Shown here one piece after another: positions 1 through 10,166 of a DNA stretch of 64,000 nucleotides. The notes below the pieces were generated by a model, which was not told the origin of the DNA, did not search any database, and worked only from the letters and a program-made list of their open reading frames with translations. How positions within the stretch are numbered: the stretch's first letter is position 1; each line of letters starts with the position of its first letter. A program made the position numbers and the translations under genes. This DNA is from a bacterium (GTDB lineage Bacteria > Patescibacteriota > Microgenomatia > Daviesbacterales > UBA10151): positions 270,997-334,996 of the forward strand of contig JAJYNN010000002.1 of assembly GCA_021786315.1 (NCBI GenBank). The letters run 5' to 3'.

Positions 1-80
1 TGAAAAATTTCACACCCCCATTCTATCTCAGTCTTGACCATGAGTATTTTTTGTGCGATGGTTTATTCTAATCAACAGAG

Positions 81-1166
81 GTGGTTAACCTTGAATATTT
101 ATTGGCGCTGCATTCGGTAAACGGTTTGGGGCCGGTTAGGCTTCGGGCTTTAATGGATTATTACCAGGACCCAAAGTTGGTTTGGGAAGCAGACCCCAAA
201 GAGCTTCAAAAACTGAGCATCTTCCAAAATGTAATTAATCTGCTTTTGGAAACCCGGAAAAAGTTGGTTCCGGAAAAATACCTGGAATATATCCAAAAAT
301 GCGGGATCTCCTGGGTGACAAGTTTTGATGAAAAATACCCCAGGCTTTTAAAGGAGATATCCGACCCGCCAATTATTTTGTACTACAAGGGCGATATTGT
401 TGAGGACGGAAAAACGATTGCGGTGGTAGGAACCAGGAAGATGACCGGGTACGGAGGATTGGTAACGGAAAAATTTGTTAGTGGTTTGGTCGAGGCCGGA
501 ATAACTATTGTTTCCGGGCTAGCGCGGGGTGTGGATACCCAGGCCCACAAAACTACAGTTAAATTGGAGGGGAGAACTTTGGCAGTTTTGGGCGGAGGGT
601 TAAATCGTATCTTTCCTCCGGAAAATACCCGTTTGGCGGGCGAAATTGCCTCCGGTTTCGGGGCAGTAATTTCAGAATTCCCTCCCGACCACCCATCACT
701 CCCGGGAAACTTTCCTGCCCGAAATAGAATTATCTCCGGGCTTTCAAAAGCAGTTTTGGTAACTGAGGCGGCGGAAGATTCCGGATCATTAATCACCGCC
801 AAACTGGCTCTAGAACAGGGCCGGGATGTTTTTGCTATCCCCGGGCCGATTACTTCCGATTTATCCCAAGGGCCACTACTTTTAATTAAACAGGGAGCAA
901 AGCTGGTGACGGAAGTGGAGGAAATACTCGAAGAGATTGGATTAACTAGATTTAAGAATACAGATTTAAGAATTAAGAATGAAAACGAATTAAACGAAAT
1001 GGAAAAGAAAATACTCGAAGTGTTGCAATCTGAGAGTAAACACATTGATGAAATATGCCGGGAGTTGCAATGCAGTGCGGCTTTGGTTTCCGCATCCCTG
1101 ATTAAAATGGAAATTTTTGGCCTGGTAAAAAATATGGGGGCAGGAAATTACATCAGAATTTGCTAA
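81..1166 (+). CDS. dprA: DNA-processing protein DprA
   Basis: AVVGTRK, IVSGLARGVDT, FPARNRIISGLS and SGSLITA motifs; C-terminal winged helix. Confidence 0.95.
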   Translation: MVNLEYLLALHSVNGLGPVRLRALMDYYQDPKLVWEADPKELQKLSIFQNVINLLLETRKKLVPEKYLEYIQKCGISWVTSFDEKYPRLLKEISDPPIILYYKGDIVEDGKTIAVVGTRKMTGYGGLVTEKFVSGLVEAGITIVSGLARGVDTQAHKTTVKLEGRTLAVLGGGLNRIFPPENTRLAGEIASGFGAVISEFPPDHPSLPGNFPARNRIISGLSKAVLVTEAAEDSGSLITAKLALEQGRDVFAIPGPITSDLSQGPLLLIKQGAKLVTEVEEILEEIGLTRFKNTDLRIKNENELNEMEKKILEVLQSESKHIDEICRELQCSAALVSASLIKMEIFGLVKNMGAGNYIRIC

Positions 1167-1204
1167 GCTCTACAATCGTGAACCGGTTGTAGTAGAATAA
1201 AGGT

Positions 1205-1573
1205 ATGCAAATTCTCCTTAGCCGAAAATCAAAATTATTCTGGTTATTTTTCTCTGTGGTTTTAATTATCGGGACTGTGGTTATCAGCACCGGAAAAGCT
1301 CCTGAATATAAAAGAGGCTCATCCTATACCTATGACCTGGCAGTTGGCCGGGCTTTGTCGCTTTTTAAGAAGGATGTTTCTTTGGGTATTGATATGTCCA
1401 AGGGTCCATGCCTTTCCAATGATTTAATGCCGGGTTGGGTGGTGGACGTGGTCCACACCCCAAGGGAGCAAATGGATAACCAGCCGGAAAACGAATGCCA
1501 GGCATTTATTGAGGGAAGATCTACCCATTTTGTCGAGCTTGATACCAATGGGAATGTAGTCAGAGTACAGTGA
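1205..1573 (+). CDS. Hypothetical membrane-anchored protein with two Cys
   Basis: ATG start just after a TAGAAT -10-like box; single N-terminal TM segment. Confidence 0.7.
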   Translation: MQILLSRKSKLFWLFFSVVLIIGTVVISTGKAPEYKRGSSYTYDLAVGRALSLFKKDVSLGIDMSKGPCLSNDLMPGWVVDVVHTPREQMDNQPENECQAFIEGRSTHFVELDTNGNVVRVQ

Positions 1574-1583
1574 TATATCGACG

Positions 1584-4097
1584 ATGAAATACCTATATCT
1601 GCCAATTCATCTGCTAAAGTTTTGGTTTCTTGAAAGCCCCAAAGTAATTTTAAGATCCTGGAAAAACATCATCCTTTATCTGGAAGAAGACTTGGCTGTT
1701 GGGTTAATGTTTAAACTTTTGTTTACTCCCTTATTCCATGATTCTTCGATAGTGGGCAGGCTTTTGAGTTTCTCTTTTCGTTTAATTAGGATTTGTATTG
1801 GTTTGGTGGCTTTCCTTGGGGTTTCTGTTTTGGCTGCCGTTTTGCTGGTGGTTTGGCTGGCGCTCCCGCTTGCGGCCATTATTGAACCGGGTACCATAGC
1901 TTTAATTTGCCGGCTGCTGCTTTTTTCCGGGGTAGTTTTGTTTATTAACCATTTGGTTTCCCATCCTCACCAAAAGTTGCGGCAGGTGAAAGATTTTACC
2001 AAGATATGGAAGGCCAGTTTTGTCGGGAAAAATGATGTTAGTTTTACCAAGCTTTTAAAAACATATCCGGTAAAAAAACTGCTTTTGTACCTTGAGCAGA
2101 CACCGGAAAGCTTTACCGGTTTAAATGATATAGACAGTGATGAGGTTTTCAAGAAAGTTTATGAACTGGGCAATAGCTTAAAGCTTCCTTATCTTTCCCA
2201 GGAACATTTTTTTGTAGCCAAACTTTATCTGGTTCCGGGTATTGAAGAGCAGCTTTTAAAGCTGGGTTTAAAGCTTGGTGATTTTCTGGATGCCTTAAGT
2301 TTCCTAAAAAAGAAAGCTGATACCTGGAGAGTGATTTTGCCTTGGGATGAGGATTTTAAGGTCCACCACTTAAAGGGGGTCAACCGGGGTTGGATGGGGG
2401 TGCAAACTCCGACTTTGGACTCTGTTTGTGATGACATAACCAGGGAAGCTGCCAAACAGTATATTCCTGATTTTGTTGGCCGTCCGGAGGTTGTCAAAAG
2501 GGTAATCGACATCCTCTCCTTGGAGCAAGGCCAAAATGTGGCTTTAATTGGTGAGCCAGGATCGGGCCGGGGGGCCTTAATTTCCTATTTGGCAAAACTT
2601 ATTATCTCCGGGGATGCCCCCAAGGCCTTAGCCACTAAAAGACTGGTCAAGCTCGATATAAGCAGGCTTATGGCGGGGATTACCAATGAAGGAGACTTGG
2701 CAGCCAGACTGAAGAGTATCTTTGACGAGGTAAAGTTTTCCGGAAATATCATTGTCTATGTTGATGAGATCCAGGATTTGGGATTAGGCGAGGCCGGAAA
2801 CCAATTTAACCTTTATGCTTTGATTCTGCCTTACTTAGAAAGTTCCGATTTTCAATTCGTTGCCGTGGCGGATTCCGCAAGCTATACCAAAACGGTGGAG
2901 AAGAATAAAAGTTTTGCCCGGATATTTACCAAAGTGGAGTTACCTCCGGCTTCGGTTGCTGAAACAGTAGGGGTGTTAATAAACCGGGCAATTGAGGTTG
3001 AGCGTTACAAAAAAATCTGTACCACTGTTCCTGCCATTCACGCTATTGCCGAGTTGTCTAACCGTTACATCCATGATTCGGTCCTACCGGATATCGCCCT
3101 GAAGGTTTTTGAGGAGAGCCTTGGCGCGGCCGAAGACGGTTGGATTAAAAAGTTGGTTGTGGAAAAGGCAATTCAAAACCGGAGTAACATTCCCATTGCC
3201 GGTGCCGGATCAGAGACCACAAAACAGCTATTAAATCTGGAGGATCTTATCCACCAAAAAATGATTGACCAGGAGGAAGCGGTTTTGGCGGTGTCCAAAG
3301 CTTTGCGCCGGGCGGCAGCGGAACTCCGGGATAATAAACGCCCGATCGGTTCCTTCCTTTTTGTCGGCCCGACCGGTGTCGGTAAAACTGAATTGGCCAA
3401 GACTTTGGTTGATGTCTATTTTGCCGGGAAGGGGTATTTTGCCCGGTTCGATATGTCGGAATACCAAACTCCGGAAGCGATTGACAGGTTGATTGGGGGA
3501 AATAATGAGGAAGGGCAGTTAACGGAAACGGTTCGCCAGCATCCTTATTCCCTGGTGCTATTGGATGAGTTTGAAAAAGCGGATCCCAAAATCCTGACCC
3601 TCTTCCTCCAGGTTTTGGATGATGGGAGGCTAACCAGCGGAACCGGAAGGACAGTTGATTTTACCAACACCATTATTATTGCCACTTCCAATGCTGCCAG
3701 TGTCACCATTGCCAAAGGTTTGGAAGCGGGTCAAGGCATGGACCAGCTGAAAAAAGTTGTCAGTGATGAGTTGATAACTGTTTTTCGCCCGGAGTTGGTT
3801 AACCGTTTTGACGAGGTTGTTATCTTTAAACCATTATCTCCAACAGACTTGCAACAAGTAGTGAAATTAAAGTTATCTGAGTTGCAAAAGCAGCTCAAAA
3901 ACCAGGGTTTTGAGATAGATTTTGACCAAAAATTGATTGAAGGATTGGCCCAAAAAGGTTATGACCCTGTGCTTGGAGCCCGGCCTCTAAGAAGATTAAT
4001 TCAGGATACTCTAGAGGCCAAACTTTCGGTGATGATTTTGGAAAATAAACTTCCTAAAGGACAAAAGTTCTTGGCTTCGGAACAATTATTAAACTGA
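1584..4097 (+). CDS. Clp/Hsp100-family AAA+ ATPase with N-terminal transmembrane region
   Basis: NBD2 GPTGVGKT, RFDMSEY, LLDEFEKA, FRPELVNRFD, GARPLRR; NBD1 Walker A degenerate (GEPGSGRG); hydrophobic N-terminus. Confidence 0.9.
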   Translation: MKYLYLPIHLLKFWFLESPKVILRSWKNIILYLEEDLAVGLMFKLLFTPLFHDSSIVGRLLSFSFRLIRICIGLVAFLGVSVLAAVLLVVWLALPLAAIIEPGTIALICRLLLFSGVVLFINHLVSHPHQKLRQVKDFTKIWKASFVGKNDVSFTKLLKTYPVKKLLLYLEQTPESFTGLNDIDSDEVFKKVYELGNSLKLPYLSQEHFFVAKLYLVPGIEEQLLKLGLKLGDFLDALSFLKKKADTWRVILPWDEDFKVHHLKGVNRGWMGVQTPTLDSVCDDITREAAKQYIPDFVGRPEVVKRVIDILSLEQGQNVALIGEPGSGRGALISYLAKLIISGDAPKALATKRLVKLDISRLMAGITNEGDLAARLKSIFDEVKFSGNIIVYVDEIQDLGLGEAGNQFNLYALILPYLESSDFQFVAVADSASYTKTVEKNKSFARIFTKVELPPASVAETVGVLINRAIEVERYKKICTTVPAIHAIAELSNRYIHDSVLPDIALKVFEESLGAAEDGWIKKLVVEKAIQNRSNIPIAGAGSETTKQLLNLEDLIHQKMIDQEEAVLAVSKALRRAAAELRDNKRPIGSFLFVGPTGVGKTELAKTLVDVYFAGKGYFARFDMSEYQTPEAIDRLIGGNNEEGQLTETVRQHPYSLVLLDEFEKADPKILTLFLQVLDDGRLTSGTGRTVDFTNTIIIATSNAASVTIAKGLEAGQGMDQLKKVVSDELITVFRPELVNRFDEVVIFKPLSPTDLQQVVKLKLSELQKQLKNQGFEIDFDQKLIEGLAQKGYDPVLGARPLRRLIQDTLEAKLSVMILENKLPKGQKFLASEQLLN

Positions 4098-4146
4098 TTA
4101 GGCCTATAAATTTGATTTATAGGTAGAGAGTACTATAATACCCGTT

Positions 4147-4830
4147 ATGAATATTGAAGATTTGCGTCACGCGGTTGAAGGCGCAAAAAGAAAAGCTAGT
4201 TCCTTTAGACTTTCTCGTAATAGGTGGGGAATTGCTGCAGCTTTAGTTGGAGGGGGTCTTACCCTAGTAACAATTACCAGCTGTACGCCTGCTCCTAAGA
4301 TAGAAACTCCAACTCCAGTTTCTATGCCTCCGGCTCCTACACGGGAAGCAACTATTACTCCCAGCCCCCTAAATTCTATTCTTGATAAGTTGCGTGATCC
4401 CTCAAAAGGAGTTATCGAAGTTTGGCTATATCGGAACAGAGATACCGATAGTAGCGGATTGGTCCATACCCCTGATCAATTACCTATTGCCCTATGTCCA
4501 AATGACTCCATAATGTTCCAAATCAAATATGATAAACCAACACAAGGGGAAGGTTTTACTGTATCCTCGAGTGGATTTGGAAATGTATCTGGCAATTTTA
4601 ATGATCGTATGGTTATGGAAGGGTTGTATGTTAATAGCAATAAGCCTGACGGCGATTATGAAGGCACAGCAACTGTGGAATGTACAGACGGGAATGCCGT
4701 AACGGCTGCAATGATTCGAGAGTATAAGATCCACTTACTCCAGCAGGCACCAGCTTATATACCTCTTCCCGGATCAGCTACACCAATACCGGAGAATAGA
4801 CCCGGAAAGTTGAAGTCCCTTCCTTTTTAG
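4147..4830 (+). CDS. Hypothetical exported protein/lipoprotein with Pro/Thr linker
   Basis: Hydrophobic stretch ending ITSC, then PTP-rich linker; TATAAT 7 nt before ATG. Confidence 0.65.
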   Translation: MNIEDLRHAVEGAKRKASSFRLSRNRWGIAAALVGGGLTLVTITSCTPAPKIETPTPVSMPPAPTREATITPSPLNSILDKLRDPSKGVIEVWLYRNRDTDSSGLVHTPDQLPIALCPNDSIMFQIKYDKPTQGEGFTVSSSGFGNVSGNFNDRMVMEGLYVNSNKPDGDYEGTATVECTDGNAVTAAMIREYKIHLLQQAPAYIPLPGSATPIPENRPGKLKSLPF

Positions 4831-4988
4831 GTATCAGGAAATTCCTAGCTTTGGAACAACTGTTAAGCTGATAGGTTGATCCTTTAGCACCTGCTTCGCC
4901 CACACTCTTCACACTATGTTATAGTAATATAGCGCTTGTTTCATGGAAGCCTGCCTTTTACCTGCGGTAAAATGCAACATATATTTAT

Positions 4989-6944
4989 ATGCAGAACCTT
5001 GTAATTGTGGAATCGCCGACAAAAGCCAAGACCCTCTCCAAATTTTTGGGGAGTAAGTATCAGGTGGAAGCCTCCATGGGGCATGTCCGTGACCTTCCCA
5101 AGGGTGATATCGGGGTGGATGTTGAACACGATTTTGCCCCCAAATATATCATTCCCCGGGATAAATCCAAAAAAGCCAATGAATTAAAGAAGCTGGCCAA
5201 AGAAGCCAAAACTTTGTGGCTGGCTACTGACCCTGATCGTGAAGGGGAAGCAATTGCCTGGCATTTAAAAGAACTATTTAATAGGAAGGATGCCTATAAA
5301 AGGGTGGTTTTCCATGAAATTACCGAGGATGCGATTAACGAGGCTTTTGCCCATCCCCGGGATTTGGATAAACAATTAATAGATGCCCAACAAGCCAGAA
5401 GGGTTTTGGACCGGTTGGTGGGTTACAAGCTTTCCCCGCTTCTTTGGAAAAAGGTAAAAAGTGGCCTGTCTGCTGGAAGGGTGCAATCTGTTGCATTGCG
5501 GCTCATCGTTGAGCGGGAAAGGGAGATTGAGGCCTTTAAGCCCCAAGAATATTGGAGTCTTGAAGCGGAGCTGGAGAAAAAAGGTGAGAAAGCTGCAAAC
5601 TTTGTGGCTGCTCTGGTTGAACAAAACGGTAAAAAACTGGCGATTAAAAACCAGGGGGAAGCAGATAAACACGTTAAAGCTTTGGAAAAAGCAGATTATC
5701 AGGTTGCAAAAATTACCCAAAAAGAAGTCAAAAAATATGCCGCTCCGCCGTTTACCACTTCCACTATGCAGCAAGCCGCTGCCAACCGTTTAGGATTTTC
5801 CGCCAAAAGGACGATGCAGCTGGCCCAGGTTTTATATGAGCATGGGTACATTACCTATATGAGAACCGATTCTTTGAATTTGTCTGCCCAGGCAATTGCG
5901 GCAGTCCGTGATTTTATCGGCCAACATATTGGCAAGAATTATCTTCCTAAAGAAGCCAAGGTCTATAAAACAAAATCCAAAGTTGCCCAGGAGGCCCACG
6001 AAGCGATCCGCCCGACCAATGTTAAGTTAGCTCCGGATGAATTGAAAAACATTGAGGGAATGACCCGGGATCATGTCCGGCTTTATGACATGATCTGGAA
6101 GAGGATGGTGGCCTCGCAAATGGCTGAGGCGGTGTTTGACCAAAAAACTGTGGATATAAAGGCTGATAGCTACACATTAAGAGTAACAGGAAGCACGCTA
6201 AAATTTGACGGCTGGATGATTGTTTATGGAAAAATCCAGGATGAAGAAGGGGAAGAGGGGGAGAAAATTTTGCCTGAGCTTACGGAAGGTGAAATTTTAA
6301 AACTTCTAAAACTTTTACCGACCCAACATTTCACCGAGCCGCCGGCCCGTTTTAATGAGGCTTCCTTAATTAAAAAGCTGGAAGAGCTTTCAATTGGCCG
6401 GCCTTCCACCTATGCCCCGATTTTGTCGACTATCCAGGAGCGTTTTTATGTAGAAAAAGTTGAAAAAAGGTTTTCTCCGACACCTTTGGGGATTGCCGTG
6501 ACCGACTTTTTGGTCAAATATTTCCCCAATATTGTGGACTATGACTTTACGGCTTCTATGGAGGATGCTTTGGATAATATTGCCAATGGAGAAGATCGCT
6601 GGCAGCCGATTATCGGCACTTTTTACCGGCCGTTTGAGAAAAAGATTAAAGAGGTGGATGAGGAAGCGGGACGGGTGGCTATTAAATCCGAAGAAGTCGA
6701 TAAAAAATGCCCCAAATGCGGCAAGAATTTACAAATTAAATACGGAAAGTTTGGCAAGTTTTTGGCCTGTACCGGATTCCCGGATTGTAAATACACCGAA
6801 AGTATCGAGGAAAAGGTGGATGTCCCTTGTCCTGATTGCGGTGGGGAAATAGTTATCCGAAAAACCCGCCGGGGCCGGCCTTTTTACGGGTGCAAAAACT
6901 GGCCTAATTGCAAATATGCCTCCTGGACGAAACCCAAAAAATAG
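4989..6944 (+). CDS. topA: DNA topoisomerase I
   Basis: LVIVESPTKAK, ATDPDREGE, SAGRVQS, YITYMRTD, GRPSTY; C-terminal Zn ribbons. Confidence 0.97.
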   Translation: MQNLVIVESPTKAKTLSKFLGSKYQVEASMGHVRDLPKGDIGVDVEHDFAPKYIIPRDKSKKANELKKLAKEAKTLWLATDPDREGEAIAWHLKELFNRKDAYKRVVFHEITEDAINEAFAHPRDLDKQLIDAQQARRVLDRLVGYKLSPLLWKKVKSGLSAGRVQSVALRLIVEREREIEAFKPQEYWSLEAELEKKGEKAANFVAALVEQNGKKLAIKNQGEADKHVKALEKADYQVAKITQKEVKKYAAPPFTTSTMQQAAANRLGFSAKRTMQLAQVLYEHGYITYMRTDSLNLSAQAIAAVRDFIGQHIGKNYLPKEAKVYKTKSKVAQEAHEAIRPTNVKLAPDELKNIEGMTRDHVRLYDMIWKRMVASQMAEAVFDQKTVDIKADSYTLRVTGSTLKFDGWMIVYGKIQDEEGEEGEKILPELTEGEILKLLKLLPTQHFTEPPARFNEASLIKKLEELSIGRPSTYAPILSTIQERFYVEKVEKRFSPTPLGIAVTDFLVKYFPNIVDYDFTASMEDALDNIANGEDRWQPIIGTFYRPFEKKIKEVDEEAGRVAIKSEEVDKKCPKCGKNLQIKYGKFGKFLACTGFPDCKYTESIEEKVDVPCPDCGGEIVIRKTRRGRPFYGCKNWPNCKYASWTKPKK

Positions 6945-6969
6945 CCACGCAAGGGCAGCCCTTGCGTGG
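6945..6969. repeat. GCAAGG-N5-CCTTGC palindrome, copy 1 (after topA stop)
   Basis: CCACGCAAGGG-CAG-CCCTTGCGTGG perfect hairpin; related copies at 30566 and 33266. Confidence 0.75.
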
Positions 6970-7041
6970 GTGTTGACAAAATAATGGGGAAGCTGTAATT
7001 ATATTGAGGGCCTCTAATTTCCCCCTCTAGTTTTTAAGATT

Positions 7042-8658
7042 ATGAAGTATATTTTTGTCTCCGGCGGAGTAATTTCCGGTATTGGTAAAGGTGTGGCTAC
7101 TGCCTCGATTGCCCTTAAGATCGGATCTGCAGGGTTTAAAGTTGCCCCCCTAAAAATTGACCCCTATTTAAATGTTGATGCCGGGACTATGAACCCTATT
7201 CACCACGGAGAGGTATTTGTTTTGGATGATGGCTCGGAAACTGACCAGGATTTGGGAAACTACGAGAGGTTTTTAGATGAACCCCTAAATAAAACAAATT
7301 ATGCGACATCCGGCCAGGTGTATTTATCGGTAATCCAACGGGAAAGAAGTTTGGGTTATGACGGTGACTGTGTGGAGGCGGTGCCCCACATTCCGGAAGA
7401 GATTATCAGAAGGATTGATGAGGCGGGAAAAAGCAAAAAAGCGGATATTGCGGTGATTGAGATTGGGGGAACGGTGGGTGAGATGCAAAATGTTTTCATC
7501 TTTGAAGCCAACAGGATGCTAAAGCTGAAAAAACCGGAAGATGTGATCCATATCCATCTAAGCTATCTGCCGATTCCTCCTTCTTTGGGCGAGATGAAGT
7601 CAAAACCGGTCCAGATGTCGGTCAAAGAGTTAAACTCCATGGGGATCCAGCCGGATATTTTACTGGCCCGATCGGGTGTTCCGGTTGATGAAATTCGCCG
7701 GAAAAAACTGGCACTGTTTTGTTCGGTGGAGCCGGAGGATATTATCTCGGCTCCGGACGTTAGAAACATTTATGAAGTGCCGGTTAATTACGAGGATGGT
7801 GGATTATCGGGAAGAATCCTGCAAAAACTGAGACTTAAAAGAAAGAACAAAGACTTAAAGGAGTGGCGGAAGTTTGAAAGCAAAGTTTCTTCTGCTGATA
7901 AACCTCTGAAAATTGGCATTGTGGGTAAATACTTCTCTACCGGCGATTTCACTTTGGCTGATTCCTATATTTCCGTTATTGAGGCTTTGAAGCATGCCGC
8001 TTTTACTCAAGGATATAAACCGGAAATTGCTTGGATTGATTCCGGGAAACTTTTAAAAGATATTGATCAGCTGCGGGATTACCAGGGGATTATTGTTCCG
8101 GGGGGGTTTGGATCCCGGGATATAGAAGGAAAAATTGAGGCCATCAGGTTTTGCCGGGTTAATAAAATTCCTTATTTCGGTTTGTGTTACGGAATGCAGT
8201 TGGCAGTAGTTGAATATGCCCGGAATGTTCTAAGGATGGCAGAGGCCAATACAACAGAAATTGATCCCAAAACAAAGTATCCGGTCATTCATATTATGTC
8301 TGATCAACAAAAGAAACTTTTGGAGAAAGATTATGGGGGAACGATGCGGTTGGGGGCTTGGGAGTGTAAATTAAAACCGGGAAGTTTGGTCAGAAAACTT
8401 TATGGGAAACCCAAGATTTCCGAACGCCACCGCCACCGCTATGAATTTAACAATGAGTTTCTAAAACAATTTAACAAGGAGCTATATGTTTCCGGAACCT
8501 CTCCTGACGGGAAACTGGTAGAGATTGTCGAGATGAAGGACCACCCGTTTTTTGTGGGAACCCAGTTCCATCCGGAATTAAAATCCCGCCCCCTTGACCC
8601 TCATCCTTTATTCATGGGTTTTATTAAAGCGGCTTCGAAAATTATTTTGCCCTCTTGA
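7042..8658 (+). CDS. pyrG: CTP synthase
   Basis: KYIFVSGGVISGIGKG, KIDPYLNVDAGTM, GLCYGMQ, ERHRHRYE, QFHPE. Confidence 0.97.
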   Translation: MKYIFVSGGVISGIGKGVATASIALKIGSAGFKVAPLKIDPYLNVDAGTMNPIHHGEVFVLDDGSETDQDLGNYERFLDEPLNKTNYATSGQVYLSVIQRERSLGYDGDCVEAVPHIPEEIIRRIDEAGKSKKADIAVIEIGGTVGEMQNVFIFEANRMLKLKKPEDVIHIHLSYLPIPPSLGEMKSKPVQMSVKELNSMGIQPDILLARSGVPVDEIRRKKLALFCSVEPEDIISAPDVRNIYEVPVNYEDGGLSGRILQKLRLKRKNKDLKEWRKFESKVSSADKPLKIGIVGKYFSTGDFTLADSYISVIEALKHAAFTQGYKPEIAWIDSGKLLKDIDQLRDYQGIIVPGGFGSRDIEGKIEAIRFCRVNKIPYFGLCYGMQLAVVEYARNVLRMAEANTTEIDPKTKYPVIHIMSDQQKKLLEKDYGGTMRLGAWECKLKPGSLVRKLYGKPKISERHRHRYEFNNEFLKQFNKELYVSGTSPDGKLVEIVEMKDHPFFVGTQFHPELKSRPLDPHPLFMGFIKAASKIILPS

Positions 8659-8694
8659 AAAAGTTTTCCGGTTCCTGTAAAAAAGGAAAGCAAT

Positions 8695-9600
8695 ATGGCT
8701 GGAAAGATTGAAAAATATATGCCTGATTTGGACCGCATCAAGGAACATAGCAAAACCCCCGATCCATTAGTCCTTTCCCCTGAAGAATATGATGAAATCC
8801 TGGCAGAGCACAAGTTATACAGAGGCTCCCGTCTTTCCGATGTTGGCCTGTTAAAATGTATGGAGCTTGGGCTCATTAAAATTTGGAATGAAGATGGAAC
8901 ATGTCCTTTTAACGAAGAGCGTGTCCAGAGTTGCTCTTATGATGTCACACAAGGAAATGAATTTTGGCATTACATTGAACACGAGATTTCTGAAATCGAG
9001 TACGGAACTCACAAAGAAACAATCCAAAATTTGGATTTGCTTGCTTATAACTTCAGGAATACTGGAGAGACTTTTGTTTACCATCCCGGAAGCGTTGTCC
9101 TCTCATTCATCGGAGAAGGGATAAGCTTGGCTAATGTGGTGTCTGCTGATTTGGGGGGCAAAAGTTCTTTGGGGCGCCTTGGAACTCTAAACCACCAGAC
9201 TGCTTCGTTAGCTCATGCAGGTTTTAGTGGGAAAATCATGACAGAGCATTCTGTTAGCAATAGGTTATCTGTGAAAGTCCCGGTTGGCGCACCTATTGGG
9301 ACGCTTGTCTTTACCCTGCTTGACCAGCCCAGTACCCGGCCCGAAAACCAAAAATCTGACAGCCTAAGTAAAGCCTACAGACAGCGAGGGCCTTTTGGCT
9401 ATTGGAAGGATAAATGGACACAGATAAAAGCTGAGGCTATAGGAAGGTATATTTTAGCCAGGGAAAATGGTTCTGTTACTAATGACCACTACCTGGTGGA
9501 TATCAGAAGGAAGGCTGAGGAATATGATTCCCTTGTTGCTAGGGGGATTATTCCGGGACAAAATCCGGTTCCTTCGGGAAACGGCAGACACAGCATGTAG
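8695..9600 (+). CDS. dcd: dCTP deaminase-like protein (divergent, with terminal extensions)
   Basis: SYDV, GKSSLGRLG and AGFSGKIMTE motifs of the trimeric dUTPase/Dcd superfamily; deaminase Glu apparently present. Confidence 0.7.
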   Translation: MAGKIEKYMPDLDRIKEHSKTPDPLVLSPEEYDEILAEHKLYRGSRLSDVGLLKCMELGLIKIWNEDGTCPFNEERVQSCSYDVTQGNEFWHYIEHEISEIEYGTHKETIQNLDLLAYNFRNTGETFVYHPGSVVLSFIGEGISLANVVSADLGGKSSLGRLGTLNHQTASLAHAGFSGKIMTEHSVSNRLSVKVPVGAPIGTLVFTLLDQPSTRPENQKSDSLSKAYRQRGPFGYWKDKWTQIKAEAIGRYILARENGSVTNDHYLVDIRRKAEEYDSLVARGIIPGQNPVPSGNGRHSM

Positions 9601-9621
9601 AGCTTTTTGTAAAAAATAATT

Positions 9622-10131
9622 ATGGCAATCGAGAAGTTATCAGAAATATTAAAAAGGGTAGAAAAAGAGAATCTAATTGAAGGTTTGTGTGAACAAACAG
9701 GTAAGGGTGTGGGATTGAATCTAAGGTTAGGTAAAGTTTCCCAATGGATGGAAGGATATGCTGTAGGTTTTGACAGCAAGGGTTTGGATTATCGGCAAGC
9801 TGGGTGGAGGAACGTTGCCGATTGCCAGGGTGCGAGGTTCTTAGCTGAGTGCGACCAAGAGGACTTAGTTACCTCTCAAATCTTAAAACCTGGGGTTTAT
9901 TATCGGGTTGAGACGGTGGAAAAACTAAATGTTCCTACAGATCTCTTACCGGACGTTCGCTCAACACAACTTTTAGTGGATAACGGTTTGCGTTTAGAAG
10001 TGCCTGGAGGGATTGAACCAGGTTATACTGGGGCTATTCGGATGGGTTTGGTTAATCAAAATAGTTTTTCTGTCCCCATCCGTCTTGGCAGCCCGATTTG
10101 CCGGGTGGTTTTTCATAAAGTCGAAGAGTAG
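9622..10131 (+). CDS. Degenerate dUTPase/Dcd-superfamily protein, paralog of 12048-12614
   Basis: Aligns with the 12048 ORF (EILKRVEKENLIE/EVLRRVKEEGLLE; IEPGYTG/GDPGYKG); lacks C-terminal YRGQ tail. Confidence 0.7.
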   Translation: MAIEKLSEILKRVEKENLIEGLCEQTGKGVGLNLRLGKVSQWMEGYAVGFDSKGLDYRQAGWRNVADCQGARFLAECDQEDLVTSQILKPGVYYRVETVEKLNVPTDLLPDVRSTQLLVDNGLRLEVPGGIEPGYTGAIRMGLVNQNSFSVPIRLGSPICRVVFHKVEE

Positions 10132-10166
10132 TCTTCATCTGAATAAACTGTAAAGGTTAATAAGAT

